The notes: generated from the letters alone by a model not told the origin. A stretch of 46,871 nucleotides of DNA from Candidatus Latescibacterota bacterium (GCA_038279365.1 JAYODI010000041.1:1-46871), one strand, 5' to 3'; shown: positions 19,748 to 29,276, numbered from the stretch's first letter. Numbers and translations are program-made.

Positions 19748-20536
19748 ATGTTAACTGGAGAACAAGTGGCAACATTTAATGAGATGGGTTATTTAAATGG
19801 GGGCATGGTCTTAGACGATGCGCAAGTAGAGGTTTTGCGAGAAGAGCTTGATCGGGTTATTGCCGATAAAGATCGCAAAGATGTGCGCCAGCCCGTTTTG
19901 TTGCGCAATTTACGAGGCGATGACAAGGCACCCGTGTGGCAAATTGTGAATATTTGGGAGGCCAGTGAACCGTTTCGCGTGTTACATTCGAATCCAAAGA
20001 TATTAGAAGATATGGCACAACTGACCCAAGCTGAAGAATTGCGTATTTGGCACGATCAAATTCAGTATAAACCTGCTGAAATTGGGGGTACAACAAACTG
20101 GCATCAAGATGCGCCTCTTTGGCCCATTATTCGCCCGATGACGGAGGTGAGTGCTTGGGTGGCGTTGGATGATGTGGATGTGGAGAATGGTTGTATGAGT
20201 ATGGTACCAGGGTCTCATCAATGGGGCAATCAAATGGATTTTATTCGGTCGTTGGAAAATTATAATGCTATGCCAGCTTCATTTGAAGGTCACCCTGTAT
20301 CTGTGATGCCTTGCCCCGTCAAAAAAGGTGAGGTACATTATCATCACGCTTTGACGTGGCACGGTTCACACGATAATAAAAGCAAACGCCCTCGGCGAGC
20401 CATTGCCATTCATTATATGACACACGAGACACGGTATGAAGCCAGTGGCGAACATGCCATGAAGCCGTTTGTAAACGTGGCTGACGGCGAAATTTTGCGA
20501 GGTGAGCATTTTCCAACGGTATGGAAGAAAAATTGA
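19748..20536 (+). CDS. Phytanoyl-CoA dioxygenase (PhyH) family Fe(II)/2-oxoglutarate dioxygenase
   Basis: WHQD, WVALDD, NGCMSMVPGSH, WHGS...RRAIAIHY. Confidence 0.92.
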   Translation: MLTGEQVATFNEMGYLNGGMVLDDAQVEVLREELDRVIADKDRKDVRQPVLLRNLRGDDKAPVWQIVNIWEASEPFRVLHSNPKILEDMAQLTQAEELRIWHDQIQYKPAEIGGTTNWHQDAPLWPIIRPMTEVSAWVALDDVDVENGCMSMVPGSHQWGNQMDFIRSLENYNAMPASFEGHPVSVMPCPVKKGEVHYHHALTWHGSHDNKSKRPRRAIAIHYMTHETRYEASGEHAMKPFVNVADGEILRGEHFPTVWKKN

Positions 20537-20557
20537 TGTTTTGGTGATAGAAGATAT

Positions 20558-20595
20558 AAAAAAGCGAGGCGTGAAAAATCATGCCTCGCTTTTTT
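20558..20595. terminator. Bidirectional Rho-independent terminator
   Basis: AAAAAAGCGAGGCGTGA-AAAA-TCATGCCTCGCTTTTTT between convergent genes. Confidence 0.88.
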
Positions 20596-20611
20596 GTTTG
20601 TTGTGACGGAT

Positions 20612-21091
20612 CTATAACTTCCGATCTTTCAAAGGCATTGCATAGTGAATTTGTCTGGCGACTTCTGTAAACCCAGATCGTGGGTAAAAATTTTGACCAA
20701 TTTCATTTTGATCTAAGGTTTCTATTTTGGCAACCGACATGCCCTGTTCTTCAAAGTAGTCGAACGCCGCTTTCATAAGTGCTTTACCCGCGCCTTTGCC
20801 TCTGCACTCGGGCAAGACCGATAGGTTGGGTATTTGCCCAATTTTGCTGTCGTGGTCGATGCGGGTAGATATGTAGCCCATTACTTTGCCATTTTCTTCA
20901 AAAACAAAGACGCCGTCGGGGTTGGCCGATACATCGGCATCAACGTGTTTGGCTTTTCGGGCGCGCCAATCGGTTTCGGCAAATTGGCCAAACTTTTTTT
21001 CGATGTTGTGATCAATGGACACACCTTCAAAGCAAATCACCGTAATTTCTTTGAGGGCTTCAAGATCTTCAGGGCGATACGTGCGAATCAA
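20612..21091 (-). CDS. GNAT family N-acetyltransferase
   Basis: LSVLPECRGKGAGKALM acetyl-CoA motif, NFYPRSGF; TTG start at 21091 chosen because AAAAGGAG lies just upstream. Confidence 0.88.
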   Translation of the reverse strand: MIRTYRPEDLEALKEITVICFEGVSIDHNIEKKFGQFAETDWRARKAKHVDADVSANPDGVFVFEENGKVMGYISTRIDHDSKIGQIPNLSVLPECRGKGAGKALMKAAFDYFEEQGMSVAKIETLDQNEIGQNFYPRSGFTEVARQIHYAMPLKDRKL

Positions 21092-21163
21092 TGGATACTC
21101 CTTTTCAGGCAATGACAAGAAAGCAGTGGTAGATCCGTGTTTATGAAAGGGTAGATACATTTT

Positions 21164-21631
21164 TTATTGCGACATGATTTCTTTGGCAGATGCCTTTTCA
21201 AGATCGGCAAGCTTGGCCACTCTGCGGCGAAAATGTTCTTCGGTGCTGAATGTGGCGTTTAAGAATGCATCGAGTATTTCTTCAACCAATTTGATGCCCA
21301 CAATTTGTGCACCCAAGCAAAGCAAGTTGACGTTGTCGTGTTCCACACATTGGTGGGCGCAATAGGTGTCGTGACATAAGGCGGCACGAATATTGGGAAA
21401 TTTGTTGCCGGCAATACACGCGCCAACGCCTGTGCCACATACAAGAATGCCCCGTTCGGCCCGATTAAACCGCACTTCGTCACAGACGAGTTTGGCGATG
21501 TCGGGAAAGTCTACAGGCTCGGTGCTGTGGGTGCCAAAGTCTGTGACTTCGTGACCGCGTTTTTTGAGCATGTCAATGACGGGGCTTTTGAGTGGGTAAC
21601 CCGCATGGTCACCGCCAATGGCAAGTTTCAT
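21164..21631 (-). CDS. rpiB: Ribose-5-phosphate isomerase B (RpiB/LacA/LacB family)
   Basis: IGGDHAG, VDFPD, ILVCGTGVG, HDNVNLLCLG. Confidence 0.93.
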   Translation of the reverse strand: MKLAIGGDHAGYPLKSPVIDMLKKRGHEVTDFGTHSTEPVDFPDIAKLVCDEVRFNRAERGILVCGTGVGACIAGNKFPNIRAALCHDTYCAHQCVEHDNVNLLCLGAQIVGIKLVEEILDAFLNATFSTEEHFRRRVAKLADLEKASAKEIMSQ

Positions 21632-21646
21632 AATCGTTTCCTTTTT

Positions 21647-22522
21647 TTATGCACCGTAATACACATCAACGGCAATATCGTTGAGTGATTGTTTGACCTG
21701 ATGGGCTATTTGATCGACTTCCTGGTTGGTGAGCGGTTCCACAAAAGATTCGGCGGGGCGGCGTGCAACGGTGTAGACTTGAACGGCTTTGAGTGCGCCG
21801 CCTTTTTGTTGTATGTTGCGAAGGATCTGGCAGTAGGCGTCAATTTCATCTGTTGATGGGGCTTGCCCTTGAATACGCATAAAGAGGCTTTGAATGACAA
21901 TGGGCCAGCGTTGGGCTGCTAAATTTAAGTTTTCAACAACGGTGTCAAAGCCCACTTTGGTGCGTTCAACCAGGTTGTAATATTCTGAAGTGCCGGCATC
22001 AAGTTTGGCCCAAATTTCGCCATTGTTTTGGTGCATGTTTTCAAGGGCTTCCAAAACATTGGGGCGATGGAAGCGTGTGGCATTGGTAATGACGATGAGT
22101 TTGACATCGGGTAATTGGAGGTCGGTTTTGATTTGGGCCGCCAAGTTGACCACACTGCCAAATTGAGGATAGGTGGTGGGTTCGCCATCTCCAGAAAATG
22201 CAATGTCGTTGATGCGTTTGAGGGTGTCGGGAATATCTTTGAAATTGGGATGGTTGAACAATATGCCCGATTGGGCATCTTCTATCAGGTTGCGCAATTC
22301 TGTTTCGAGAAGTGCAAGGTCTACGGTGCGATATTGGGGGGCAACGGTGCGATCAACTTGGCAATAAATACAATCGAAGTTGCAAATTTTATCGGGGTTG
22401 AGATTCACACCCACCGAAAGACCGCGTGAGCGGCGAGAAATGACAGGGTAGACATATCGGTTTTTTTCAAAGACACGAGGATGAGAGGTGATGGCGCGTT
22501 TAAAGGCGTTGTTCGAGGTCAT
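21647..22522 (-). CDS. Radical SAM protein (TYW1-like / COG0731-type Fe-S oxidoreductase)
   Basis: YVYPVISRRSRGLSVGVNLNPDKICNFDCIYCQV (CxxxCxxC), FSGDGEPT, WAKLDAG. Confidence 0.9.
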   Translation of the reverse strand: MTSNNAFKRAITSHPRVFEKNRYVYPVISRRSRGLSVGVNLNPDKICNFDCIYCQVDRTVAPQYRTVDLALLETELRNLIEDAQSGILFNHPNFKDIPDTLKRINDIAFSGDGEPTTYPQFGSVVNLAAQIKTDLQLPDVKLIVITNATRFHRPNVLEALENMHQNNGEIWAKLDAGTSEYYNLVERTKVGFDTVVENLNLAAQRWPIVIQSLFMRIQGQAPSTDEIDAYCQILRNIQQKGGALKAVQVYTVARRPAESFVEPLTNQEVDQIAHQVKQSLNDIAVDVYYGA

Positions 22523-22664
22523 TTTTAAGCATCATTTCTTTTGTGGAGCGGATCGTGGGGGTGTGACAATGAGCGTAGTATAGGGTGTAGAATGTGCGTT
22601 GTCAATATTTAGTGGGGTGTGTGTTTTTTTCTTTGTGTTATTTTTTGAGATGTTCCATTATATC

Positions 22665-22691
22665 TTAAACTTTTAAAGGGGTTTAGACGTC
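22665..22691 (+). promoter_or_regulatory. Putative ECF sigma promoter 1
   Basis: TTAAAC-N17-CGTC upstream of GWxTD gene 1; same spacing as two other copies. Confidence 0.7.
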
Positions 22692-22751
22692 CAAGATAAG
22701 ACACGACGGATATGGGCAAGGGGGAATGATTTCAGGATATAAGGAGAGAGT

Positions 22752-24836
22752 ATGGTACGTTGGTTTTTAATTTTGATTGTCATCTTGCTGTCTGCACGAG
22801 CACATGCCTCGGTCGATTCTTTGCTTGTGGCGGCGCAGGACACCTTATTGAATGAAGAGGTGCGTATTGATTTGCTCAAGGCAGCTATCAAAGAAGATGA
22901 GACTGGTCGTGCAATGCACGCATTGGGGCGGTTGTATATGGCGCTTGGAGGTGTGTCGCGGGTGCACAGTGCCGAACGGTGGCTGAAGCGCGCGATGGAC
23001 AAAGAGCGAGATAATGGCACGTATTTGGCTTCTTTGGCGGAGTATTTTTGGCGCATTGGGCGACGCACCACTGCCATTGAATATGCCCGACGGGGGGTGG
23101 ATCGCGATCCCAATAACATATTGCCGCTTTATTGGGCAGCACGTTTTGAAATGTGGCAAATGACACGCACCTTAGATACGGAGCAGGTAGACTATAACTA
23201 TGGCGATGATCCTCGGGTCACACAGGTGACGTTTAGTTTGGAAAAATATGGCATTGAAGCCCGCGATGCGGCCATTGGGTATTTGACCCGTGCCATTGCT
23301 TTGGACCCCGATTATTGGCCCATACACCATTTGTTGGGGTTGGTGTATTTTGAAGGGCGAAAACCACTTGAGTTGATTGGGTTGTTTGAAGATTATGTGA
23401 AGCGCCATCCCAATAATACCAATGCCCATTTTTTCTTGGGTTTGGGGTATCAATCACAAGACAATTTGCAACAGGCTTTTGCGCAGTATCAGACGGGTTT
23501 AAAATTGATGTCGCCAAAAGATCAAAAATTTATGATGAGTGTGTTTGTCTTGGCCGACCCCGATTCATCTGCGCCAAACATTGATGCCATTCGCAAATTT
23601 TGGACAGGGCGCGATCCATTGTATTTAACCGAGTATAACGAGCGGTTGTTGGAACACGCGCGTCGGGTGGCCTATGCCGATTTGCGTTTTGGTGATCCTT
23701 TAAAAGACATTTCGGGTTGGTACACCGATAAGGGCCAAGCATACATTCGCTATGGGCACCCCATTGCAGTTGTTGCGCATCCGGCAGGGTTTGCCACGGG
23801 TGCCGATTTGCCAGGGTTTATGCAAGACTATTTGGCGCGTGCGTCACAGTGGGAATCGATGTCTAAAAATTATACCCATCGTCAAGAGTTGTGGCGCTAC
23901 GATGGGTTTACACTCATTTTCGAAAATACCGATACACGTGATTATTGGCAGTATCGCATTGGCTGGTTAGACAGCGAGGTCAATCCGTTGGCGTTTGATA
24001 CATTTATTGAATACAAACCCGAACATTTTACCGATCCGTATAAGATGAAGCGTTATATTGCCCCTCACCAATTGGCACAGTTTCGGGGTGAAAATGGCAA
24101 GTCGCGTGTCGAAATGTATTATGGGTTACCCGTTGAAGAACTGGCCTCTCAAGAGGATCGCCCAGGTTTGCGTACTGTGGAACTCAAACAAGGTATTTTT
24201 CTTTTTGATGCCAATTGGGATACGCTCAAGCGTGAGATTATGAAGGTGAACAAATTGCCTTTTATGCGTTACGATGCTTTGCAAGCGGGGTATGTATTTT
24301 CGGGTGATCGATTGGAGTTACATCCAGGCCGGCATTATTTGGCGGCAGAGATTCAAGATGTGTCTACCCAATCATTGGGTACGTTTCGCGACACATTGGA
24401 TGTGCGTTCTTTTGGAGGTGATGCGTTAAATGTAAGTGATTTGTTGATCGCGCGTCGGGTGGTAGAACGCGAAAATCGCCCCTTGGGACGTGACCGTTTT
24501 TTGGTGTTGTCCAATCCACTCAAGCAATATGAACGCGGTGGGCAAGTGGTGGTGTATTTTGAGGTGTATAATTTGTTGCGCAATGAATTTGGTGCCACGC
24601 ATTATGAGCTCACATTTCAGGTGCGTGCCTTAAATGATGCGGGCGATTTAGAAGATGCCGAGTGGGCAACGGCTGTGTCTTATGATCAACGTGGCAATCG
24701 CGATTGGGAGCCGCTGTACTTGGCATTGGAACTCGACAAAATCATGCCAGGTCCCAAAGCATTGCGCGTGCTGGTGAAAGATTTACAAAGTGAACAAACA
24801 ACACTGGCCCTCGCAGCCTTTCGCGTGATGTGGTAA
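22752..24836 (+). CDS. Secreted TPR + GWxTD domain protein (paralogue 1)
   Basis: Signal peptide, TPR helices, FWTGRDP...EHARRVAYADLRF...GWYTDKGQAYIRYG, beta-rich C-terminus; AGGAG RBS. Confidence 0.9.
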   Translation: MVRWFLILIVILLSARAHASVDSLLVAAQDTLLNEEVRIDLLKAAIKEDETGRAMHALGRLYMALGGVSRVHSAERWLKRAMDKERDNGTYLASLAEYFWRIGRRTTAIEYARRGVDRDPNNILPLYWAARFEMWQMTRTLDTEQVDYNYGDDPRVTQVTFSLEKYGIEARDAAIGYLTRAIALDPDYWPIHHLLGLVYFEGRKPLELIGLFEDYVKRHPNNTNAHFFLGLGYQSQDNLQQAFAQYQTGLKLMSPKDQKFMMSVFVLADPDSSAPNIDAIRKFWTGRDPLYLTEYNERLLEHARRVAYADLRFGDPLKDISGWYTDKGQAYIRYGHPIAVVAHPAGFATGADLPGFMQDYLARASQWESMSKNYTHRQELWRYDGFTLIFENTDTRDYWQYRIGWLDSEVNPLAFDTFIEYKPEHFTDPYKMKRYIAPHQLAQFRGENGKSRVEMYYGLPVEELASQEDRPGLRTVELKQGIFLFDANWDTLKREIMKVNKLPFMRYDALQAGYVFSGDRLELHPGRHYLAAEIQDVSTQSLGTFRDTLDVRSFGGDALNVSDLLIARRVVERENRPLGRDRFLVLSNPLKQYERGGQVVVYFEVYNLLRNEFGATHYELTFQVRALNDAGDLEDAEWATAVSYDQRGNRDWEPLYLALELDKIMPGPKALRVLVKDLQSEQTTLALAAFRVMW

Positions 24837-24873
24837 GTCATAACGATACCCAATCATCATGGTTTGGTGGATC

Positions 24874-25220
24874 TTTTGACCTTGAGTCCGAAGGACTTCT
24901 CAATCATTGCATAGGAATTATGGATGTTGAAAAATTACTTCGGTCATTGCTCGATCAACCGCACCGGAATAAATTCCGGTGCTATTTTAGGGAAAAGTCC
25001 TTTGGACTAAGAATCAAAAACGCTATCAAATCGTTGCCGGTTTATTTAAACAATTTCCATTATTCCAATGCTGTTTGTCCCCATCATCGCACAGTGATCA
25101 TTTTGTTAAGCCTTTGATCTTGAGTCCGAAGGACTTCTCAAGCATAGCACTGGAATTTATTCCTGTGCGGTTTGTCGGGGCGATGACCAAAATCTTTTCG
25201 ATCTTCATTATTCCTTTGCA
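24874..25220. repeat. Cluster of REP/REPIN-like palindromic repeats: truncated + copy 24874-24911, - copy 24908-25019, + copy 25113-25220
   Basis: Shared ~110 bp unit TTTGATCTTGAGTCCGAAGGACTT...ATAGCACCGGAATTTATTCCGGTGCGG... with two internal palindromes. Confidence 0.8.
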
Positions 25221-25223
25221 CAT

Positions 25224-25250
25224 TTAAACCCTCACCACTTCCCAAGCATC
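25224..25250 (+). promoter_or_regulatory. Putative ECF sigma promoter 2
   Basis: TTAAAC-N17-CATC upstream of GWxTD gene 2. Confidence 0.7.
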
Positions 25251-25291
25251 CTATTTATAAAACGAGATGGAATCGAAAACGAGGAGGGGAC

Positions 25292-27583
25292 ATGACTTGG
25301 CGCATTTTTAAATCTGCTTTAATCATTGTAGGTATTTTGGGCGTTGATTCTTTGTTTGCCGCCGAATCGAACAAAGTAGATTCTCTTTTTTCTGTGGCAA
25401 CTGAAACGTTGAATGAAGGGGATATCCAAAAGAGTGTGGCCGCATTTAAGCGTGTTTTGCGAGAAGACAACAAATATGCCCCCGCTCATGCACAAATTGC
25501 GCGGTTGTATTTGCAAGAAGACACGCCCGATTCGCGTCGTTTGGCAGAGTATTCGACACGACAAGCGATCAACTGCGATCCAGAGAACCCGACCTATCAA
25601 TTGCTGTTGGGCGATGTGATGTTGTTTCGTGGGTTTCGCCACAATGCAGGTGAACACTATGACAAAATTTTGGCCCAGTTCCCCAATTCGGCAGAAGTTG
25701 CATTAACGGCTGGCCGAAATGCTTTAATTGAATTTATGATGACCAAAGATCGCGGCGTGATGATGGGGCCGGGGGCAACACGAGACTTTGCCGAAAAGGC
25801 GTGGGATCGAACGGTGATGTTGCTCGATAGGAGTTTGGCGCTTGATCCCATGGTTCGCGATGGCTATTACTTGCTGGGGTTGGTGAATTTGGAATATAAA
25901 AAACCAGTGGGTTTGTTGCAGGCCATGGGACGCTTGCTGAAGTATTTTCCCGAAGATAAAGATGCTTTGCTTTTTATGGCTTTGGCGTTTCAAGAGCGCG
26001 GTCAGTTCAATCGGGCCACAGCCTTGTATGAAGAAGCCCTGAAGCGCATGACATCTGCCGAACGCGAGATGATGGAAAATGTGGATGTCATTGCCTCCGA
26101 AGAAGAACGTTTGGCTTTGTCCGCTCACGCATCCAGCACAGATATGTGGGAAGACACACCCGAACACCGCAAGTTTTGGATTCAACGCGATCCGTTGTTG
26201 TTGACCGATTCAAATGAACGGCGATTAGAACATTATAAGCGCGTGTCGTATGCCAATTTGCGGTTTAGTGTGCCCTCTCGTGGTGAGGAAGGGTGGCAGA
26301 CGGTAAGGGGGCAGACGTATATAAAATTTGGTCGTTATTTACACCGTTCTGCGGGAGCGTCCTTTTTATTTAGTGAGACGTGGTTTTACGAAGGGTTTCA
26401 ATTTACGTTTAACAGTGCCAATGGGTTGGATAAATGGGGTTTTGCAGGGGATGTGGGCATGAGTAGTGCGCCAGATATTCTGGCCGATGCAGGGGGAAGT
26501 TTGGCGGGGTTAGACCCTGGTGCTGATCCTACCGTGTCTTTTTTTGCCACAAGAGGTTTTGGTGCTGACTTGAATCAAAGGGTTACACCCGCCCTGTTTG
26601 TGATGCGCGACAAAGAAGCATTTAAAAAACAACCGCCACGTTTTGTTGATCCGTTTACCAAACAAAAATACAGTTTGCCCCATTTAACCGCCGTTTTTCG
26701 CGAGCCCGATAGTGTGCGTGTGGAGTTGGCCTATGCGGTGCCGTTGGTGAAGTTGGATTATGCCGACAGTGTGCATTTAGATGATGGGCTGTTTGTTTTT
26801 GACAATGGGTGGAACGATGTGTATCGAAAAATATTTCGAGTGGAAAATGAAGTGCATGATTCGCAAACACATTTGGTACAAAAACGCACATTGCGATTTC
26901 CTTATGGCGATTATCATGTCATTGCTGAAGTGGGTGACCGGTTGGGCGGGTCTGTGGGCACCTTTCGTGAAGAGGGGCAATGGGCTGTGGTCGATACGGG
27001 TTTGGCAATGAGTGATTTGATGTTGGCCAGTCAAATTAAAATGGCAAATGGGTTTCCCGAAACACGTGAAGATTTGAATATCACGCCCAATCCGTTGCGC
27101 ACCTTTTCGCGTGGCAAATCGGCTTTTGTTTATTTGGAACTTTATGATTTGAGCAAAGATGTTTTTGGGCGCACGCAGTATGAGATTTCTTATCGGATTG
27201 CAACCCCTCAAAAAGAAGAGGTTCACCCGGCCTTGTTTGATGCAATTGCATTGAATGAGTTACAAGGGCGGTTGGAGGTGATAAAAGAAGAAGTGGGTGA
27301 TGCCGATTGGAGCAATTTCGATGCGCCAAACGTATCGGTGCGTTATGTGGTGCCTGAGCGTAACCGCTTGTCTGCATCTTTAGAACAACTGCGCCAAAAG
27401 GGTGAAAAGGGAGGCATGGTGATTTCATCGGAATATTCGGGCAACCAAGAAGACGATTTTACGTTTTTGGAGATCAATTTGGCCGATATGCCCATGGGCA
27501 TTTACAAACTCACTGTAACAGCAACCGATGCCCAAACCAAACAGCAAGCAACCCGCAGCGAATTATTTCGCGTGATTCCATAA
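25292..27583 (+). CDS. Secreted TPR + GWxTD domain protein (paralogue 2; motif reads GWQTV)
   Basis: Signal peptide, TPRs, FWIQRDP...EHYKRVSYANLRF...GWQTVRGQTYIKFG; GGAGG RBS. Confidence 0.9.
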   Translation: MTWRIFKSALIIVGILGVDSLFAAESNKVDSLFSVATETLNEGDIQKSVAAFKRVLREDNKYAPAHAQIARLYLQEDTPDSRRLAEYSTRQAINCDPENPTYQLLLGDVMLFRGFRHNAGEHYDKILAQFPNSAEVALTAGRNALIEFMMTKDRGVMMGPGATRDFAEKAWDRTVMLLDRSLALDPMVRDGYYLLGLVNLEYKKPVGLLQAMGRLLKYFPEDKDALLFMALAFQERGQFNRATALYEEALKRMTSAEREMMENVDVIASEEERLALSAHASSTDMWEDTPEHRKFWIQRDPLLLTDSNERRLEHYKRVSYANLRFSVPSRGEEGWQTVRGQTYIKFGRYLHRSAGASFLFSETWFYEGFQFTFNSANGLDKWGFAGDVGMSSAPDILADAGGSLAGLDPGADPTVSFFATRGFGADLNQRVTPALFVMRDKEAFKKQPPRFVDPFTKQKYSLPHLTAVFREPDSVRVELAYAVPLVKLDYADSVHLDDGLFVFDNGWNDVYRKIFRVENEVHDSQTHLVQKRTLRFPYGDYHVIAEVGDRLGGSVGTFREEGQWAVVDTGLAMSDLMLASQIKMANGFPETREDLNITPNPLRTFSRGKSAFVYLELYDLSKDVFGRTQYEISYRIATPQKEEVHPALFDAIALNELQGRLEVIKEEVGDADWSNFDAPNVSVRYVVPERNRLSASLEQLRQKGEKGGMVISSEYSGNQEDDFTFLEINLADMPMGIYKLTVTATDAQTKQQATRSELFRVIP

Positions 27584-27622
27584 GCGTAAATATGGGTTAA
27601 GATTGCAATCGTTTGATTAATC

Positions 27623-27752
27623 TTTTGATCTTGAGTCCGCAGGACTTTCCCTATCATAGCATTGGAAACGCACGTTCAGCGAAGCTAATTTATTCCGGTG
27701 CGGTTTATTGGGCGATTATCAAAGTCATTTTTCAATCTCCATTTTTCTTGCG
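27623..27752 (+). repeat. Further copy of the REP-like repeat, with a ~20 bp insertion
   Basis: TTTTGATCTTGAGTCCGCAGGACTT...ATAGCATTGGA[AACGCACGTTCAGCGAAGCTA]ATTTATTCCGGTGCGG. Confidence 0.78.
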
Positions 27753-27755
27753 CGG

Positions 27756-27797
27756 TGCCTATCTGCCGTTTGCCGTTTCACTTTTGCCTTTCGCCTT
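27756..27797 (+). repeat. Degenerate heptamer tandem repeat
   Basis: TGCCTAT-CTGCCGT-TTGCCGT-TTCACTT-TTGCCTT-TCGCCTT. Confidence 0.5.
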
Positions 27798-27812
27798 TTT
27801 CCACCTGAGGAT

Positions 27813-27839
27813 TTAAACCTTTACGATGTCTATCGCATC
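27813..27839 (+). promoter_or_regulatory. Putative ECF sigma promoter 3 (autoregulatory)
   Basis: TTAAAC-N17-CATC directly upstream of the ECF sigma gene. Confidence 0.72.
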
Positions 27840-27885
27840 TCATACATTGATACCTTTTCCAGCTCCGCTTCTTAAGGTTGCGTCT

Positions 27886-28437
27886 ATGTCAGACGATGTG
27901 GATACCCCCCCACAAGATGAAGTCCAGCGGTTGGTAGCCCAAGCTGCATCGGGAGATTCCCGAGCGTTTGAGATGCTCTATCGCTTGCACTTGGGGCGTG
28001 TGTATGCACTTTGTTTGCGCCTCACCAGACGGGAGGATCGCGCCGAAGAGCTGACACAGGCCGCTTTTATACGTGCGTGGGAAAAATTGGCGTCTTTTCG
28101 TGGTGAGAGTGCCTTTTCAACGTGGTTACATCGTTTAACGGTGAATGTGGTGTTCGAATTTCAGCGTTCTGATCAACGGCGTGCCGGCCGTATGGTGGGC
28201 ACAGATGATGTGGCGACATTTGACCGAAAAGGTTATCAGCCCACACCAGGTATGAAAATTGATTTGGAACAGGCCATTGCACAATTGCCCGATCGGGCGC
28301 GAGAAGTCTTTGTTTTATATCAAGTAGAAGGTTATTCGCATGAAGAAATTGCCGATTTGACCCAAATGGCCATTGGGTCGTCTAAGGCACAGTTGCACAG
28401 AGCACGGCAACTTTTGCGGGAGATGTTGAACGCATGA
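27886..28437 (+). CDS. ECF RNA polymerase sigma factor
   Basis: Region 2 AEELTQAAFIRAWEKLASFRGESAFSTWLHRLTVN; region 4 EGYSHEEIA...GSSKAQLHRAR; ATG 27826 lies inside the promoter, so 27886 preferred. Confidence 0.95.
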   Translation: MSDDVDTPPQDEVQRLVAQAASGDSRAFEMLYRLHLGRVYALCLRLTRREDRAEELTQAAFIRAWEKLASFRGESAFSTWLHRLTVNVVFEFQRSDQRRAGRMVGTDDVATFDRKGYQPTPGMKIDLEQAIAQLPDRAREVFVLYQVEGYSHEEIADLTQMAIGSSKAQLHRARQLLREMLNA

Positions 28438-29276
28438 TACCTGACGATTTGAGACAAAAATTAAACGATTATGTCGATGGTGCATTGTCGGCAGACGACA
28501 AACGAAAAGTGGAAGCCCTTTTGGCCAAGAACTCAGAAGCGCAAGCCGAGGTGGCGTTTTTAAAGCAGTTGGCCCAAGATTGTGCCCAATTGCCACAGGT
28601 GATGGCGCCAAAACGCAATTTGTGGGCTGGTGTGGTCAATGGCATGGGGATGAGAGAAAAATTAAATGATTATGTTGATGATGTGTTGTCGGCAGATGAG
28701 AGGCGGGAAGTGGAAGCCCTTTTGGCCCATAACCCAGACGCACAAGCCGAGGTGGCGTTTTTAAGACAGTTGGCTCAAGATTGTGCCCAATTGCCACGGG
28801 TGATGGCGCCAAAGCATGATTTGTGGCCCAGTGTGGCTGATAAGGTGGTGCAAAAGCCTGTTTTGCCTTGGCGGCGTTGGGCAAGCTTTGCGGCTGCGGC
28901 TGTCTTGTTGGTGGCCGCTTCTTCTGCGATGACGGTTTTGTATATGAAACAATCTATGGGCATCCCCCAAGTGGCTGTTCAAGCCCCAAAAGAAACATCG
29001 CCTGCGTTGGCCGCTTTTCATGCTTCAGAGCAAAGTTATAGCACAGCCATTGCGCAGTTGACTGAGACTTTGTATCAACGGCGAGAGGCGTTGGCGCCAG
29101 AGACGGTTGTTGCCATTGAGACCAATTTGAAAGTGATTGACGAGGCCATTCGTGCTTCACGGTTGGCTTTAGATGCCGACCCGCATAATCAGGCGTCGGT
29201 ACATACTATTTTGGCCATGTATAAGCGCAAGGTTGATTTGTTACAACAGATTGTTGGCTTGCCTCATGGTGGGTGA
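28434..29276 (+). CDS. Single-pass anti-sigma factor with tandemly duplicated zf-HC2-like domain lacking the zinc ligands
   Basis: ATGA overlap with the sigma gene; two LNDYVD-x-x-LSAD...VEALL units; TM helix AAAAVLLVAASSA; helical extracytoplasmic tail. Confidence 0.85.
   Translation: MIPDDLRQKLNDYVDGALSADDKRKVEALLAKNSEAQAEVAFLKQLAQDCAQLPQVMAPKRNLWAGVVNGMGMREKLNDYVDDVLSADERREVEALLAHNPDAQAEVAFLRQLAQDCAQLPRVMAPKHDLWPSVADKVVQKPVLPWRRWASFAAAAVLLVAASSAMTVLYMKQSMGIPQVAVQAPKETSPALAAFHASEQSYSTAIAQLTETLYQRREALAPETVVAIETNLKVIDEAIRASRLALDADPHNQASVHTILAMYKRKVDLLQQIVGLPHGG
28451..28836 (+). repeat. Intragenic 201-bp-period tandem duplication
   Basis: 28451-28635 and 28652-28836 share long identical runs such as GTGGAAGCCCTTTTGGCC, CAAGCCGAGGTGGCGTTTTTAA and CAAGATTGTGCCCAATTGCCAC. 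Confidence 0.92.

Noticed and set aside
24830..25117. 95 aa ORF and the similar 67 aa ORF at 27613-27816
   Set aside because: Both are read-throughs of the REP-like repeats, with no RBS or protein-like features.
24874..25220. Palindromic repeats as a CRISPR array
   Set aside because: Copies are ~110 bp, degenerate and in both orientations, with no regular repeat-spacer period and no cas genes.
27826..27885. Longer N-terminus for the ECF sigma factor
   Set aside because: The ATG at 27826 falls within the predicted promoter spacer.
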